From an uncultured Chloroflexia bacterium (GTDB lineage: Bacteria > Chloroflexota > Ktedonobacteria > Ktedonobacterales > JADMIN01): 64,000 bases of DNA. The notes under the pieces were generated by a model. That model worked only from the letters and a program-made list of their open reading frames with translations, searched no databases and had not been told where the DNA came from. Shown piece after piece: positions 18,030 to 26,787 of this stretch. The position numbers were made by a program, and so were the translations under genes. The number at the start of each line of letters is the position of its first letter. Positions within the stretch are counted from its first letter, which is position 1. The stretch lies in NCBI GenBank assembly GCA_963840335.1, contig CAWIYP010000003.1, positions 4,760-68,759 of the forward strand, read 5' to 3'.

Positions 18030-18060
18030 ATAATAATCACACAAACAGTGTCACTGTCAA
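18030..18060 (-). promoter_or_regulatory. MerR-type promoter: TTGACA, 19-bp spacer, TATTAT, with dyads in the spacer
   Basis: The minus strand reads TTGACA(18060-18055) GTGACACTGTTTGTGTGAT TATTAT(18035-18030) CTTCAC ATG(18023). The dyad TGACAC-N5-GTGTGA is centred in the spacer. A perfect palindrome ACAGTGTCACTGT lies at 18045-18057. Confidence 0.5.
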
Positions 18061-18205
18061 ATTAGCCGCGCAAATTCGCTCGCCGCTCGCGTTGACGCTG
18101 GCCCGGGCGCCTCGTATCATGCCTGTGCGGCTGCGCTCCGGCGCGCAGTGGACGGGGAAAGGCGGAGGGCTAAATGGATGAGCCGACCAATGCGGCGGAA
18201 CGCGC

Positions 18206-20428
18206 GTGAGCCATATCACCTGCCCACTCTGCGAGGCGACCTGCGGGCTGACGATAACGACGGTCGGGCGCGAGGTGCGCTCCATTCGTGGCGATGAGGA
18301 AGATGTCTTCAGCCACGGCTACCTCTGCCCCAAGGCCGCCGCGCTCAAGGCGCTGGACGCCGACCCCGACCGCCTGCGCGCGCCGATGGTGCGCCAGGGC
18401 GAGGTCTGGCGCGAGGTAAGCTGGGACGAGGCCTGGGAGGAGGTGGAGCGGCTGCTCGCCGCCGTCATCGCCGACTATGAGCGCGACGCGGTGGCTATCT
18501 ATCTCGGCAACCCCAACGTCCACAACCTCTCTGGCCAACTCTATAATTCGCCGCTGATTCGCGCGCTGCGCAGCCGCAACATCTACTCCGCCTCGACGCT
18601 CGACCAGATGCCGAAGCACATCTCCTCCGGCCTGATGTTTGGCGGCCCGCTCACCATCCCCATCCCTGACGTGGATCGCTGCGACTACCTGCTCATCCTG
18701 GGGGCAAATCCGCTTGTCTCGAATGGCAGCCTGCTCACGGCGCCGAACATGCGCGACCGCCTGCGGGCGTTGCGGGCGCGCGGCGGGCGCATCGTCGTGG
18801 TGGATCCGCGCCGCACACGCACCGCGCAGGAGGCCGACACCCACCACTTCATCCAGCCGGGGACCGATGCGCTGCTACTCTTCGCGCTGATCCAGACGCT
18901 CTTTGCCGAGGGGCTGACGCGCCCCGACCGCCTTGCCGAGCATCTGAACGGGCTGGAGGAGCTGCGCGCCGCCGCCGCGCCGTTCACTCCGGAGGCTGTG
19001 GCGCCCGCCTGCCGCATCAGCGCCGAGGCGATCCGGACGCTGGCGCGCGAGCTGGCCGCCGCGCCACATCCCGCCGTCTACAGCCGCATAGGCGCCTGCG
19101 CGCAGGAGTTCGGGACGCTGACGAGCTGGCTGGTGGATGCGCTGAACACGCTGCTTGGCGCGCTCGACCACGAAGGTGGCGTGATGTTCCCGAAGGCCGC
19201 GGCGGGCGCGCGCAACACCAGCGGCGCTCCGGGGCGTGGACGCGGGATGCGGCTGGGACGCGCGCGGAGCCGGGTGCGTGGCGCGCCGGAAGTTCTGGGC
19301 GAGTTCCCCACCGCCTGCCTGGCGGAGGAGATGGACACGCCAGGCGAGGGCCAGATACGCGCGCTCATCACCATCGCGGGCAACCCTGTCATCAGCGCGC
19401 CGAACAGCGACCGGCTGGCGGCGGCGCTGGCTGGGCTGGAGGCGATGATCTGCGTAGACGCCTACCTCAACGAGACGACACGCCACGCGCACGTCATCCT
19501 GCCGCCACCATCGCCGCTAGAGCGCAGCCACTACGACCTGGCGTTCTACCAGCTCTCCACCCGCAACATCGCGCACTACTCGCTGCCCGTCTTCGCCCGC
19601 GCGCCCGGCCAGCCCGACGAATGGGAGATCCTGCTGCGGCTGATGGGCGCCGTCGCGGGGCGCTACCGCGAGACGCCCATCGCCGCGCTGGATGAGGCGG
19701 TCGCGCGACAGCTCATCGCGGCGGAGGCGCACACAGCGGGGTCGCCGGTCGCTGGGCGCGATGTGGAGGAGCTGCTAGCGGCGCTGGAGCCTCGGCGTGG
19801 GCCAGAGCGCCTGCTCGACTTCATGCTGCGCGTCGGCCCGTACGGCGATGGCTTCGGCGCGCGTCCCGGCGGCCTGACGCTGGCGACGCTGGAGCGCGAG
19901 CCCCATGGCGTAGACCTCGGCGCGCTCCAGCCACGCATCCCGGAGGTTCTGCGCACGCCATCGGGCAAGATCGAGCTGGCGCCAGAGCCACTGCTGGCCG
20001 ACATTCCACGGCTACGGGCGGCGCTGGAGCGTCCTCGGCCAGAGCTGCTGCTGATCGGGCGGCGTGAGTTGCGCTCGAACAACTCGTGGATGGCCAACCT
20101 GGAGCCGCTGGTGAAGGGCGGCGACCCCTGCGCGCTGCTGGTGAGCGAGGCTGACGCCGCGCGGCTGGGGCTGGCCGACGGTGGGCAGGCGCGCGTCACC
20201 TCCGCCGTCGCCTCGCTGGTGGCGCCTGTCCGCGTGACGGATGAGATGGCGCCCGGCGTCGTGAGTCTGCCGCATGGCTGGGGCCACGACCAGCCCGGCG
20301 CGCGGCTGCGGGTGGCGCGCGAGCATGCTGGCGTTAACCTCAACCGCCTCATCCCCGATGCGGCTATCGAGCCGCTCTCCGGCGACGCCTTGCTGAATAG
20401 TACGCCAGTGACGGTCGAGCCGGCCTGA
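18206..20428 (+). CDS. Molybdopterin (bis-MGD) oxidoreductase family protein, substrate unknown
   Basis: N-terminal Cys cluster CPLCEATCG...CPK. Molybdopterin-binding regions (LLILGANPLVSNG, ITIAGNPVIS). C-terminal beta-barrel (ARVTSAVASLVAPVRVTDEMAPGVVSLPHGWGH). Confidence 0.85.
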   Translation: MSHITCPLCEATCGLTITTVGREVRSIRGDEEDVFSHGYLCPKAAALKALDADPDRLRAPMVRQGEVWREVSWDEAWEEVERLLAAVIADYERDAVAIYLGNPNVHNLSGQLYNSPLIRALRSRNIYSASTLDQMPKHISSGLMFGGPLTIPIPDVDRCDYLLILGANPLVSNGSLLTAPNMRDRLRALRARGGRIVVVDPRRTRTAQEADTHHFIQPGTDALLLFALIQTLFAEGLTRPDRLAEHLNGLEELRAAAAPFTPEAVAPACRISAEAIRTLARELAAAPHPAVYSRIGACAQEFGTLTSWLVDALNTLLGALDHEGGVMFPKAAAGARNTSGAPGRGRGMRLGRARSRVRGAPEVLGEFPTACLAEEMDTPGEGQIRALITIAGNPVISAPNSDRLAAALAGLEAMICVDAYLNETTRHAHVILPPPSPLERSHYDLAFYQLSTRNIAHYSLPVFARAPGQPDEWEILLRLMGAVAGRYRETPIAALDEAVARQLIAAEAHTAGSPVAGRDVEELLAALEPRRGPERLLDFMLRVGPYGDGFGARPGGLTLATLEREPHGVDLGALQPRIPEVLRTPSGKIELAPEPLLADIPRLRAALERPRPELLLIGRRELRSNNSWMANLEPLVKGGDPCALLVSEADAARLGLADGGQARVTSAVASLVAPVRVTDEMAPGVVSLPHGWGHDQPGARLRVAREHAGVNLNRLIPDAAIEPLSGDALLNSTPVTVEPA

Positions 20429-20605
20429 CCGTCGCACACCCATCAGCATATGTGAGGCGCATCGGGAGATAGCATAGAGCGCGCGTCGAAATAGGCATGC
20501 CTGATGCGCTGTTGTCGCATGCGCGAGAGATGGTTTTCAAGCGCGCACAATCGCGCTGATCTCTCACGGTAGTCACTCAGACTTCACTGGCTGAGGGAGG
20601 AAGCG

Positions 20606-21370
20606 ATGCGACTCGAAGGGAAAGTGGCGATCATCACGGGCGCCGCCTCAGGCATGGGACTGGCGATGGCCAAACTCTTCACAGCGGAGGGCGCAAGCGT
20701 CGTCGCCGCGGACTGGAACGCGGAGCGGCTCGAAAGCGCCGTCGCGAGCATTCGGGCGACTGGCGGAAAGATCGCCGGCTCGCAGGGCAATATCGCCGAC
20801 AAGGCGACGGCGGAGGGGCTGATCGATCTCGCGGTCAGCACCTATGGAAAGCTGGACATCCTCTGCAACAATGCGGGCGTGATGGACTACATGCAGGGCG
20901 TGGGTGAGCTATCAGACGACATCTGGCGCAAGGTCATGGGCATCAACCTGGATGGGCCGATGTTCGCGACACGCAAGGCCGTGCAGTATATGCTGGCGCA
21001 TGGCGGTGGCTCCATCGTGAACACCGCCTCGACCGCCGGACTCCACGGCGGCGCGGCGGGTGTCGCTTACACTGCCTCCAAGCATGCGCTGGTGGGTCTC
21101 ACCCGCAGTACCGCCTGGATGTACGCCAAGCGTGGCATTCGCTGCAATGCCATTTGCCCCGGCGCGACCAAGACGAATATCGCTGAGACGATGCCACAGG
21201 AGCGGCTGGATCCCACCGGAGGACAGCGCGCGCAGGAGTTCGCGGCGCTGGCGCCCGCCTACCTGGAGCCAGAGGACATCGCGGTGGTCGCGCTCTTCCT
21301 CGCCTCGGATGAATCCCGCCACATCAACGGCGCGATTATCCCCGCCGATGGTGGCTGGGACGCCGTGTAG
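20606..21370 (+). CDS. Short-chain dehydrogenase/reductase (SDR)
   Basis: Motifs TGAASGMGLA, NNAG and YTASKHAL. RBS GGGAGGAAG upstream. Confidence 0.9.
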   Translation: MRLEGKVAIITGAASGMGLAMAKLFTAEGASVVAADWNAERLESAVASIRATGGKIAGSQGNIADKATAEGLIDLAVSTYGKLDILCNNAGVMDYMQGVGELSDDIWRKVMGINLDGPMFATRKAVQYMLAHGGGSIVNTASTAGLHGGAAGVAYTASKHALVGLTRSTAWMYAKRGIRCNAICPGATKTNIAETMPQERLDPTGGQRAQEFAALAPAYLEPEDIAVVALFLASDESRHINGAIIPADGGWDAV

Positions 21371-21429
21371 CGCCGTGCGCAGTACAGGCGCGACTCCCAA
21401 CCGCTGATGCGGCGACGGGCGCGCCTGGG

Positions 21430-21933
21430 CTACGCCTGGCCACCGCTGAGCTGGCGCAGGGTGGTGAGCGCCTCGGTGATGTGCTTGTTGATGTTGATCT
21501 GCGACGTGAAGACGTTGCGGATGACGCCCTGCTTGTCGATGACGTAGGTGACGCGCCCCGGCAGAATGCCCAGCGTGTTCGGCACATCGAAGGCGCGGCG
21601 CGCCACACCCTGCGTGTCGCTCAGCAGCGGGAAGGGCAGGCGATACTGCTCGGCGAAGCCCTTGTGCGATGCCTGCGAGTCGGAACTGACACCGATCACC
21701 TCGGCGCCCATCGCGAGAATCTCGTCGTAGTTGTCGCGGAATGAGCAAGCCTCAGCCGTGCAGCCGCCCGTGTAGTCCTTCGGGTAAAAGTAGACGACAA
21801 CATCCTTCTTCCCCCGGTAGTCGCTCAGGCGGATGATTTCCCCCTCCGCATTGGGGAGCGCGAAGTCGGGCGCGCTATCACCCACGCCCACGCGCCCCGT
21901 TGTCCGCTGTCCTGCCTCTTCCTGATCGTCCAT
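21430..21933 (-). CDS. bcp: Peroxiredoxin of the Bcp/PrxQ type
   Basis: Motifs APDFALPNAEGE and VVVYFYPKDYTGGCTAEAC. Start at ATG 21933; the track ORF begins at 21963. Confidence 0.9.
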   Translation of the reverse strand: MDDQEEAGQRTTGRVGVGDSAPDFALPNAEGEIIRLSDYRGKKDVVVYFYPKDYTGGCTAEACSFRDNYDEILAMGAEVIGVSSDSQASHKGFAEQYRLPFPLLSDTQGVARRAFDVPNTLGILPGRVTYVIDKQGVIRNVFTSQININKHITEALTTLRQLSGGQA

Positions 21934-22066
21934 ATGCGCTCGATTCCCATCTCTTCCTGCCATGCGCTGCGAGAGACCACAGCGCGATCATCTATTCTAC
22001 ATAGCTCTATACGCAGAACGTAACACTCCGCGTTGGCGCGCGCCATCTTGACGCCGCTGGTATGCT

Positions 22067-22684
22067 GTGGCCAATCACAGAGGACAGGCGGCGAAGATTG
22101 AGGTGATGGGCATGGGGACGATACTCGGCTGGATGCGCTCGTGGGTGTTTCTCGCGGGGAACGCTGTCGCGCTCGTCGCGCTGCTGGCAGTGGCGGGCGT
22201 CCGGCTGGCGCCGATGATTCAGGCGGCGCTGAGCCAGCCCGCGCAATCGGCCATCACGATCACTGGCCCCGGCGTCGGCGCGCCCACCACGATCACCGCC
22301 TACATCCTCGGCGATGTCGCCGCGCCCGGTGTCTACACCCTCGCGGCGGACGCGCGCGTGCAGGCGCTGGTCGCGGCGGCTGGTGGCGTCTATCGCGACG
22401 CCGATCTGGCGCGGGTTGATCTCGCCGCGCATGTCGCCGATGGGCAGGAAATCTACGTCCCGCGCATCGGCGAGACGATCCCGCTGATGCTTGGCGGCAA
22501 GGTGGATATCAATGTCGCCAGCGCCGCCGACCTGCACAATGCGCTCGGCATCCAGTTAGCTACCGCTCGGCGCATCGTCGCATACCGCACGGCGCATGGC
22601 TCATTCACCGCCGTCAGCCAGCTCCTGCTCGTGCCGATCAGCCTGACGACCTACGACCATATCAAGACGCTGGTGACGGTGTGA
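22067..22684 (+). CDS. comEA: ComEA-like DNA-binding protein (membrane anchor, SLBB-like region, helix-hairpin-helix)
   Basis: C-terminal region VDINVASAADLHNALGIQLATARRIVAYRTAHGSFTAVSQLL. A likely alternative start is ATG 22112. Confidence 0.8.
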   Translation: MANHRGQAAKIEVMGMGTILGWMRSWVFLAGNAVALVALLAVAGVRLAPMIQAALSQPAQSAITITGPGVGAPTTITAYILGDVAAPGVYTLAADARVQALVAAAGGVYRDADLARVDLAAHVADGQEIYVPRIGETIPLMLGGKVDINVASAADLHNALGIQLATARRIVAYRTAHGSFTAVSQLLLVPISLTTYDHIKTLVTV

Positions 22685-22720
22685 GGCTCTTCCGTACTCC
22701 TTGCGGGGAATCTCTGAGGC

Positions 22721-23143
22721 TTAGAGCGCCGCGACAACACGCTCCAGGCGGGCGCGGGCATCCTGCGCGACCGCGTTCAGGTCGTCGTTGCGCACGATAT
22801 TCATCATGCTGACGGGATCGGCCACCTCGACGCGGGTGCGTGGTTGGCCCGCCTCATCCGGTAGCGCGCGCACGACGACGTTGCACGGCAGCAGCAGCCC
22901 GACGTTCGGGTCAGCCGTCAGCGCGCGGTGCGCCAGCGGCGGATTGCACGCGCCCAGGATGGCGTACTGTGGGAAGTCTATGTCGAGCTTGGCCTTCATC
23001 GTCGCCTTCACGTCGATCGAGGTCAGCACGCCGAAACCCTCGACCTTCAGCGCATCTGTCACGCGCGCTACGGCGTCATCGTAGCCCAGCGCGAGGGTGC
23101 GCCCAAAGCCATAGTCCGGGCTGGTCAGTGTATCATTGTCCAT
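22721..23143 (-). CDS. DUF302 domain protein
   Basis: Motifs GFGVLTSIDVKATMKAKL...YAILGACNP and LLPCNVVV. RBS CAGGAG before ATG 23143. Lies downstream of the ArsR gene on the same strand. Confidence 0.85.
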   Translation of the reverse strand: MDNDTLTSPDYGFGRTLALGYDDAVARVTDALKVEGFGVLTSIDVKATMKAKLDIDFPQYAILGACNPPLAHRALTADPNVGLLLPCNVVVRALPDEAGQPRTRVEVADPVSMMNIVRNDDLNAVAQDARARLERVVAAL

Positions 23144-23175
23144 GCGGGACAGCTCCTGTCGTTGCCTGTCAGTAC

Positions 23176-23625
23176 TCATTTATCTTCTGTGGCGTCCGTT
23201 GGAGTCACTGTCGCGACACCAAGCGCCTGCGCCTGCCGAGCAGCGCCTTCCTGCACACCAGCGCATAGCACATCGCAGAGGCGCAGCACGAGCGGATCGG
23301 CGATGGAATAGAGGGCCACCAGACCCGCCTTGCGCCGTCGCACCAGGCCGCCCTGCGCCAGCGCCGCCAGGTGTTTCGAGACATTCGGCTGTCCGGCGCC
23401 CGTCATCTCGACGAGATCGCCGACGCTCTGCTCACCGCCCGCCAGCGCCGCTACCAGCTTCAGGCGCAGCGGCTCGCCCAGCAGACGAAATCGCAGCGCG
23501 ATTTGCTCGATCAGCGGATCGGCGAACCCATGCACGCTATCGTGACTGCGCCAGGCGGAGGCCTTGACCTGGGGTAAATTCTCCCAGGGGACGGTGATCT
23601 CCTCATCCTCCTGTGATCGAGACAT
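23176..23625 (-). CDS. ArsR/SmtB-family transcriptional repressor
   Basis: Winged HTH region LGEPLRLKLVAALAGGEQSVGDLVEMTGAGQPNVSKHLAALAQGGLVRRRK. A Cys pair LCDVLC near the C-terminus. RBS GAGGAGGAG upstream. Confidence 0.85.
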   Translation of the reverse strand: MSRSQEDEEITVPWENLPQVKASAWRSHDSVHGFADPLIEQIALRFRLLGEPLRLKLVAALAGGEQSVGDLVEMTGAGQPNVSKHLAALAQGGLVRRRKAGLVALYSIADPLVLRLCDVLCAGVQEGAARQAQALGVATVTPTDATEDK

Positions 23626-23910
23626 GGCAGCTACTCCTCCTCGCAGGCGCTCCGCCCAGGGTGCGCAACTATATGCCTATACGATAATATAATAATGTAT
23701 ATGGTGTCAAGAGAAAACGCCTCGCTGCGGTAATGGACGCCACTCGCACGCATGCTTGCGGCTATCCGCGTATCAATTTTTGCGGCGCCTCTTGCATATC
23801 TATATTCCAATATGGTAATGTATTGACGTCACGACAAGATGATGCGCGGCGGAGTGACACGAACCGCTTACGTCGCGCGCAATCCCCACGCATGAAGATG
23901 AGGAGTGTAC

Positions 23911-24258
23911 ATGTTCGATCGGCTGTTTGGTCGTCCTGGCGCGAGTGTCCCCAATGTTAGCCCGCGTGATGCCTGGGAGCGATTTTCGACCGCGAAGAGC
24001 GATACCGTTCTGATCGATGTCCGCGAGGTCGGCGAATTCTCCCGTGGCCACGCGAAGGGCGCCCGGAACATTCCCCTGAGTCAGTTCAACCGCCGCTTCA
24101 AGGAAATTCCCGCTGAGAAAGATGTCCTGCTGATTTGCCAGAGCGGTAATCGCAGCATGCAGGCCGCGCATCTGCTGAAGGGCCAGGGCTACGAGCGTGT
24201 CTCGAATGTCTCTGGCGGCACGGCTGTCTGGCGCATGAGCCAGCTCCCAATGGAATAG
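23911..24258 (+). CDS. Single-domain rhodanese (sulfurtransferase)
   Basis: Active-site loop LICQSGNRS. RBS GAGGAG 6 nt before ATG 23911. Confidence 0.85.
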   Translation: MFDRLFGRPGASVPNVSPRDAWERFSTAKSDTVLIDVREVGEFSRGHAKGARNIPLSQFNRRFKEIPAEKDVLLICQSGNRSMQAAHLLKGQGYERVSNVSGGTAVWRMSQLPME

Positions 24259-24310
24259 GTGTCACGCCAGGGGTCACCCTCTGCGCCAACAACTCTAGCA
24301 GGTGGATGCT

Positions 24311-25735
24311 ATGCGGATTGAACAATTCTTCCTTGAGGGACTGGGGCATCAGTCGTATCTCATCAGCGATGGGGCGGCTGGGGTGGCCGCTGTGGTTGAC
24401 CCACGGCGTGACATCGAGATCTATCTCAGCGCGGCGGAACACGAAGGAGTGCGGATTACCCACGTCTTCGAAACCCATGTCCACAATGACTATGTCACTG
24501 GCGCGCTGGAGCTACACGACCGCGTGGGCGCGACCATTGTGGCCGCCGCCGCCGCCGGAGTGCGCTACGAGCATCTCGGCGTGCGCGAGGGCGATAGCGT
24601 CACTGTGGGCGCCATGCGCTTCGTCACGGTGGAGACGCCCGGCCACACGCCCACGCACATCAGCTTCGCGCTGTATGAGCCTGCGGGCAGCGAGCCGCAC
24701 GCCGTCTTCACTGGCGGCAGCATGCTCTCTGGCAACGCTGGACGCACCGATCTGGTCAGCCCTGGCATGACGTTGACGCTGACACGCGACCAGTACCGTT
24801 CACTGCGCCGCCTGCTCGATACGATGCCGGAAGCGACGTTGATCTATCCGACGCATGGCGCGGGCTCATTCTGCGGCGCCACCGCGACCCAGGATGCCCG
24901 CCACTCTACGATCGCGCTGGAGCGGCAGATCAGCCCAGCCGCACTGGCGGAGGACGAAGCGGAATTCGTTCGCCAGCAGATGGCGGGTTATGGTCTATAT
25001 CCCTCCTACTATGGCTACATGCGCGACATCAACACCTTTGGCCCGAATATCCTGCATGGCGCGCCTGAGGTTCCCGGCCTGACACCCCAGCAGATCGCCG
25101 ACCTGATGCGCACGGGCATCCCATTGCTGGATAGTCGCTCGCGCGATGACTTCGCCCACGAGCACGCCCCCGGCGCGATCAACATTGAGATGGACAGCTC
25201 ATTCGGCATCTACGCGGGCTGGCTGTTCCCCTTCAACGCGCCCGTCACGCTGCTGACTGAAGACGAGCGAGAACGCCACGAGGCAATCGCCCAGCTCATC
25301 CGCATCGGCTTCGAGCAGACGCGCGGCTACCTGGAGGGCGGCATGCGCGCCTGGACCACGGCTGGCCTGCCGACGGAGTCCTACGAACGCATCACGGTGG
25401 ATGAGCTGCATCGCCGCGTGACCTCAGCCGAGGCGCCCGCGGTGCTGGATGTGCGCGACGAGACGGAGTGGCGCGCAGGGCATATCCCCGGCGCCCAGCA
25501 CATCCATGTCGCCGACCTGCCGCGCCATCTGCATGAGACGCCGCTGGATCGCCCCGTCGCGATTGTCTGCCGCTCTGGCTACCGCGCCTCGATTGCCGCG
25601 AGTATGCTCGCGGCCCTGGGACGCCCGACCATCGCCGTGCAGGGCGGTGTCGGCGACTGGATCGCCGCTGGTTATCCGACACGCTTTGGTGAGCACGACG
25701 AGGGCGCGCCAGGGCTAGAGCACTCGCATCCCTAA
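24311..25735 (+). CDS. Metallo-beta-lactamase-fold persulfide-dioxygenase-like protein fused to two rhodanese domains (CstB/Blh-like architecture)
   Basis: MBL motif ETHVHNDYVTG, with HTPTH and PTHGAGS. The C-terminal rhodanese domain has the catalytic loop VAIVCRSGYRAS. A middle rhodanese-like domain has no Cys loop. Confidence 0.88.
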   Translation: MRIEQFFLEGLGHQSYLISDGAAGVAAVVDPRRDIEIYLSAAEHEGVRITHVFETHVHNDYVTGALELHDRVGATIVAAAAAGVRYEHLGVREGDSVTVGAMRFVTVETPGHTPTHISFALYEPAGSEPHAVFTGGSMLSGNAGRTDLVSPGMTLTLTRDQYRSLRRLLDTMPEATLIYPTHGAGSFCGATATQDARHSTIALERQISPAALAEDEAEFVRQQMAGYGLYPSYYGYMRDINTFGPNILHGAPEVPGLTPQQIADLMRTGIPLLDSRSRDDFAHEHAPGAINIEMDSSFGIYAGWLFPFNAPVTLLTEDERERHEAIAQLIRIGFEQTRGYLEGGMRAWTTAGLPTESYERITVDELHRRVTSAEAPAVLDVRDETEWRAGHIPGAQHIHVADLPRHLHETPLDRPVAIVCRSGYRASIAASMLAALGRPTIAVQGGVGDWIAAGYPTRFGEHDEGAPGLEHSHP

Positions 25736-25831
25736 TTCTCATCACACGCAACGGCTGTGTTGGCGCGCATACGCTCGCGCAGCCGCCCATTTGGCTCGCG
25801 CCGCCTGAACTGGCGCGAGGAGAGTTCCATC

Positions 25832-26428
25832 ATGGAAAAGATTCTGACTGACGCCAACTTCACCGCGACTGTGGAGCAGTCTGGCGTGACCCTGGTAGAC
25901 TTCTGGGCGCCGTGGTGCATGCCCTGCCGCATGGTCGAGCCGATCATCAAGCGCGTGGCCAAGCAGTATGAGGGCAAGGCGACCGTCGCGCGGATGAACG
26001 TGGACGAAAACCCACAGACGGCGGCCCGCTTCCACATCAGCAGCATCCCGACCGTCGCGGTCTTCCGCGATGGCAAGGTGGTGAATACGTTGGTGGGTGT
26101 GCGCCCGGAGCGCATCTATGCGCAGGCGCTCGACATCGCGCTGAAGCCTGCCGCGAAGGCCACTGACGCCGCAGCTGGCGAGGCGAAAAAGCATCAGGTG
26201 GTCGTCTTCTCGACGCCGACCTGCCCGTGGTGCTCGCGCCTGAAGGCCTACCTGCGCCAGAACAATGTCGCGTTCAAAGATGTGGACGTGAGCCTGGACG
26301 CCAACGCCGCGCGCGATATGGTGATGAAGTCGGGCCAGATGGGCGTGCCCCAGGCCTGGATCGATGGGCAGGTCGTCGTCGGCTTCGACCGGGCGCGGGT
26401 GGATAGCCTGCTGCATCTGAGCGCGTAA
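25832..26428 (+). CDS. Thioredoxin fused to a glutaredoxin-like (NrdH/YruB-type) domain
   Basis: The N-terminal half has FWAPWCMPCRMV (WCxxC). The C-terminal half has VVVFSTPTCPWCSRLKAYL...GVPQAWIDGQVVVGFD. RBS GAGGAG before ATG 25832. Confidence 0.85.
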   Translation: MEKILTDANFTATVEQSGVTLVDFWAPWCMPCRMVEPIIKRVAKQYEGKATVARMNVDENPQTAARFHISSIPTVAVFRDGKVVNTLVGVRPERIYAQALDIALKPAAKATDAAAGEAKKHQVVVFSTPTCPWCSRLKAYLRQNNVAFKDVDVSLDANAARDMVMKSGQMGVPQAWIDGQVVVGFDRARVDSLLHLSA

Positions 26429-26463
26429 TCTGACGCATAGAGCGACAGTACAGGAGCATCATC

Positions 26464-26766
26464 ATGAAGACTATTCAACCGTTGGGCGACCGCGCGCTGG
26501 TCAAGGTGGTCGCGGCGCCAACACAGACCGCGAGCGGTCTCTACATCCCCGATACGTCGAAGGAGCGCCCCACCGAGGGTGAGGTCGTGGCCGTGGGCGA
26601 TGGCGAGATCATCATCAGCAAGCTGGCGGTGGGAGAGCATGTGCTCTTCCAGAAGTTCGCTGGCGCTGAGATCAAGCTGGACGATGGCGACTATATCATC
26701 CTCAACGAGAGCGACATCCTGGGGCGCATCGTCGAGGTGGAGCAGATTGCGCACGGCGCCGCGTAG
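26464..26766 (+). CDS. groES: GroES/Cpn10 co-chaperonin with no adjacent groEL
   Basis: Reads IQPLGDRALVKVVAAPTQTASGLYIPDTSKERPTEGEVVAVGDG...ILNESDILGRI. RBS CAGGAG upstream. Confidence 0.85.
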   Translation: MKTIQPLGDRALVKVVAAPTQTASGLYIPDTSKERPTEGEVVAVGDGEIIISKLAVGEHVLFQKFAGAEIKLDDGDYIILNESDILGRIVEVEQIAHGAA

Positions 26767-26787
26767 GCGACGCCAGCGAACCGAGCC

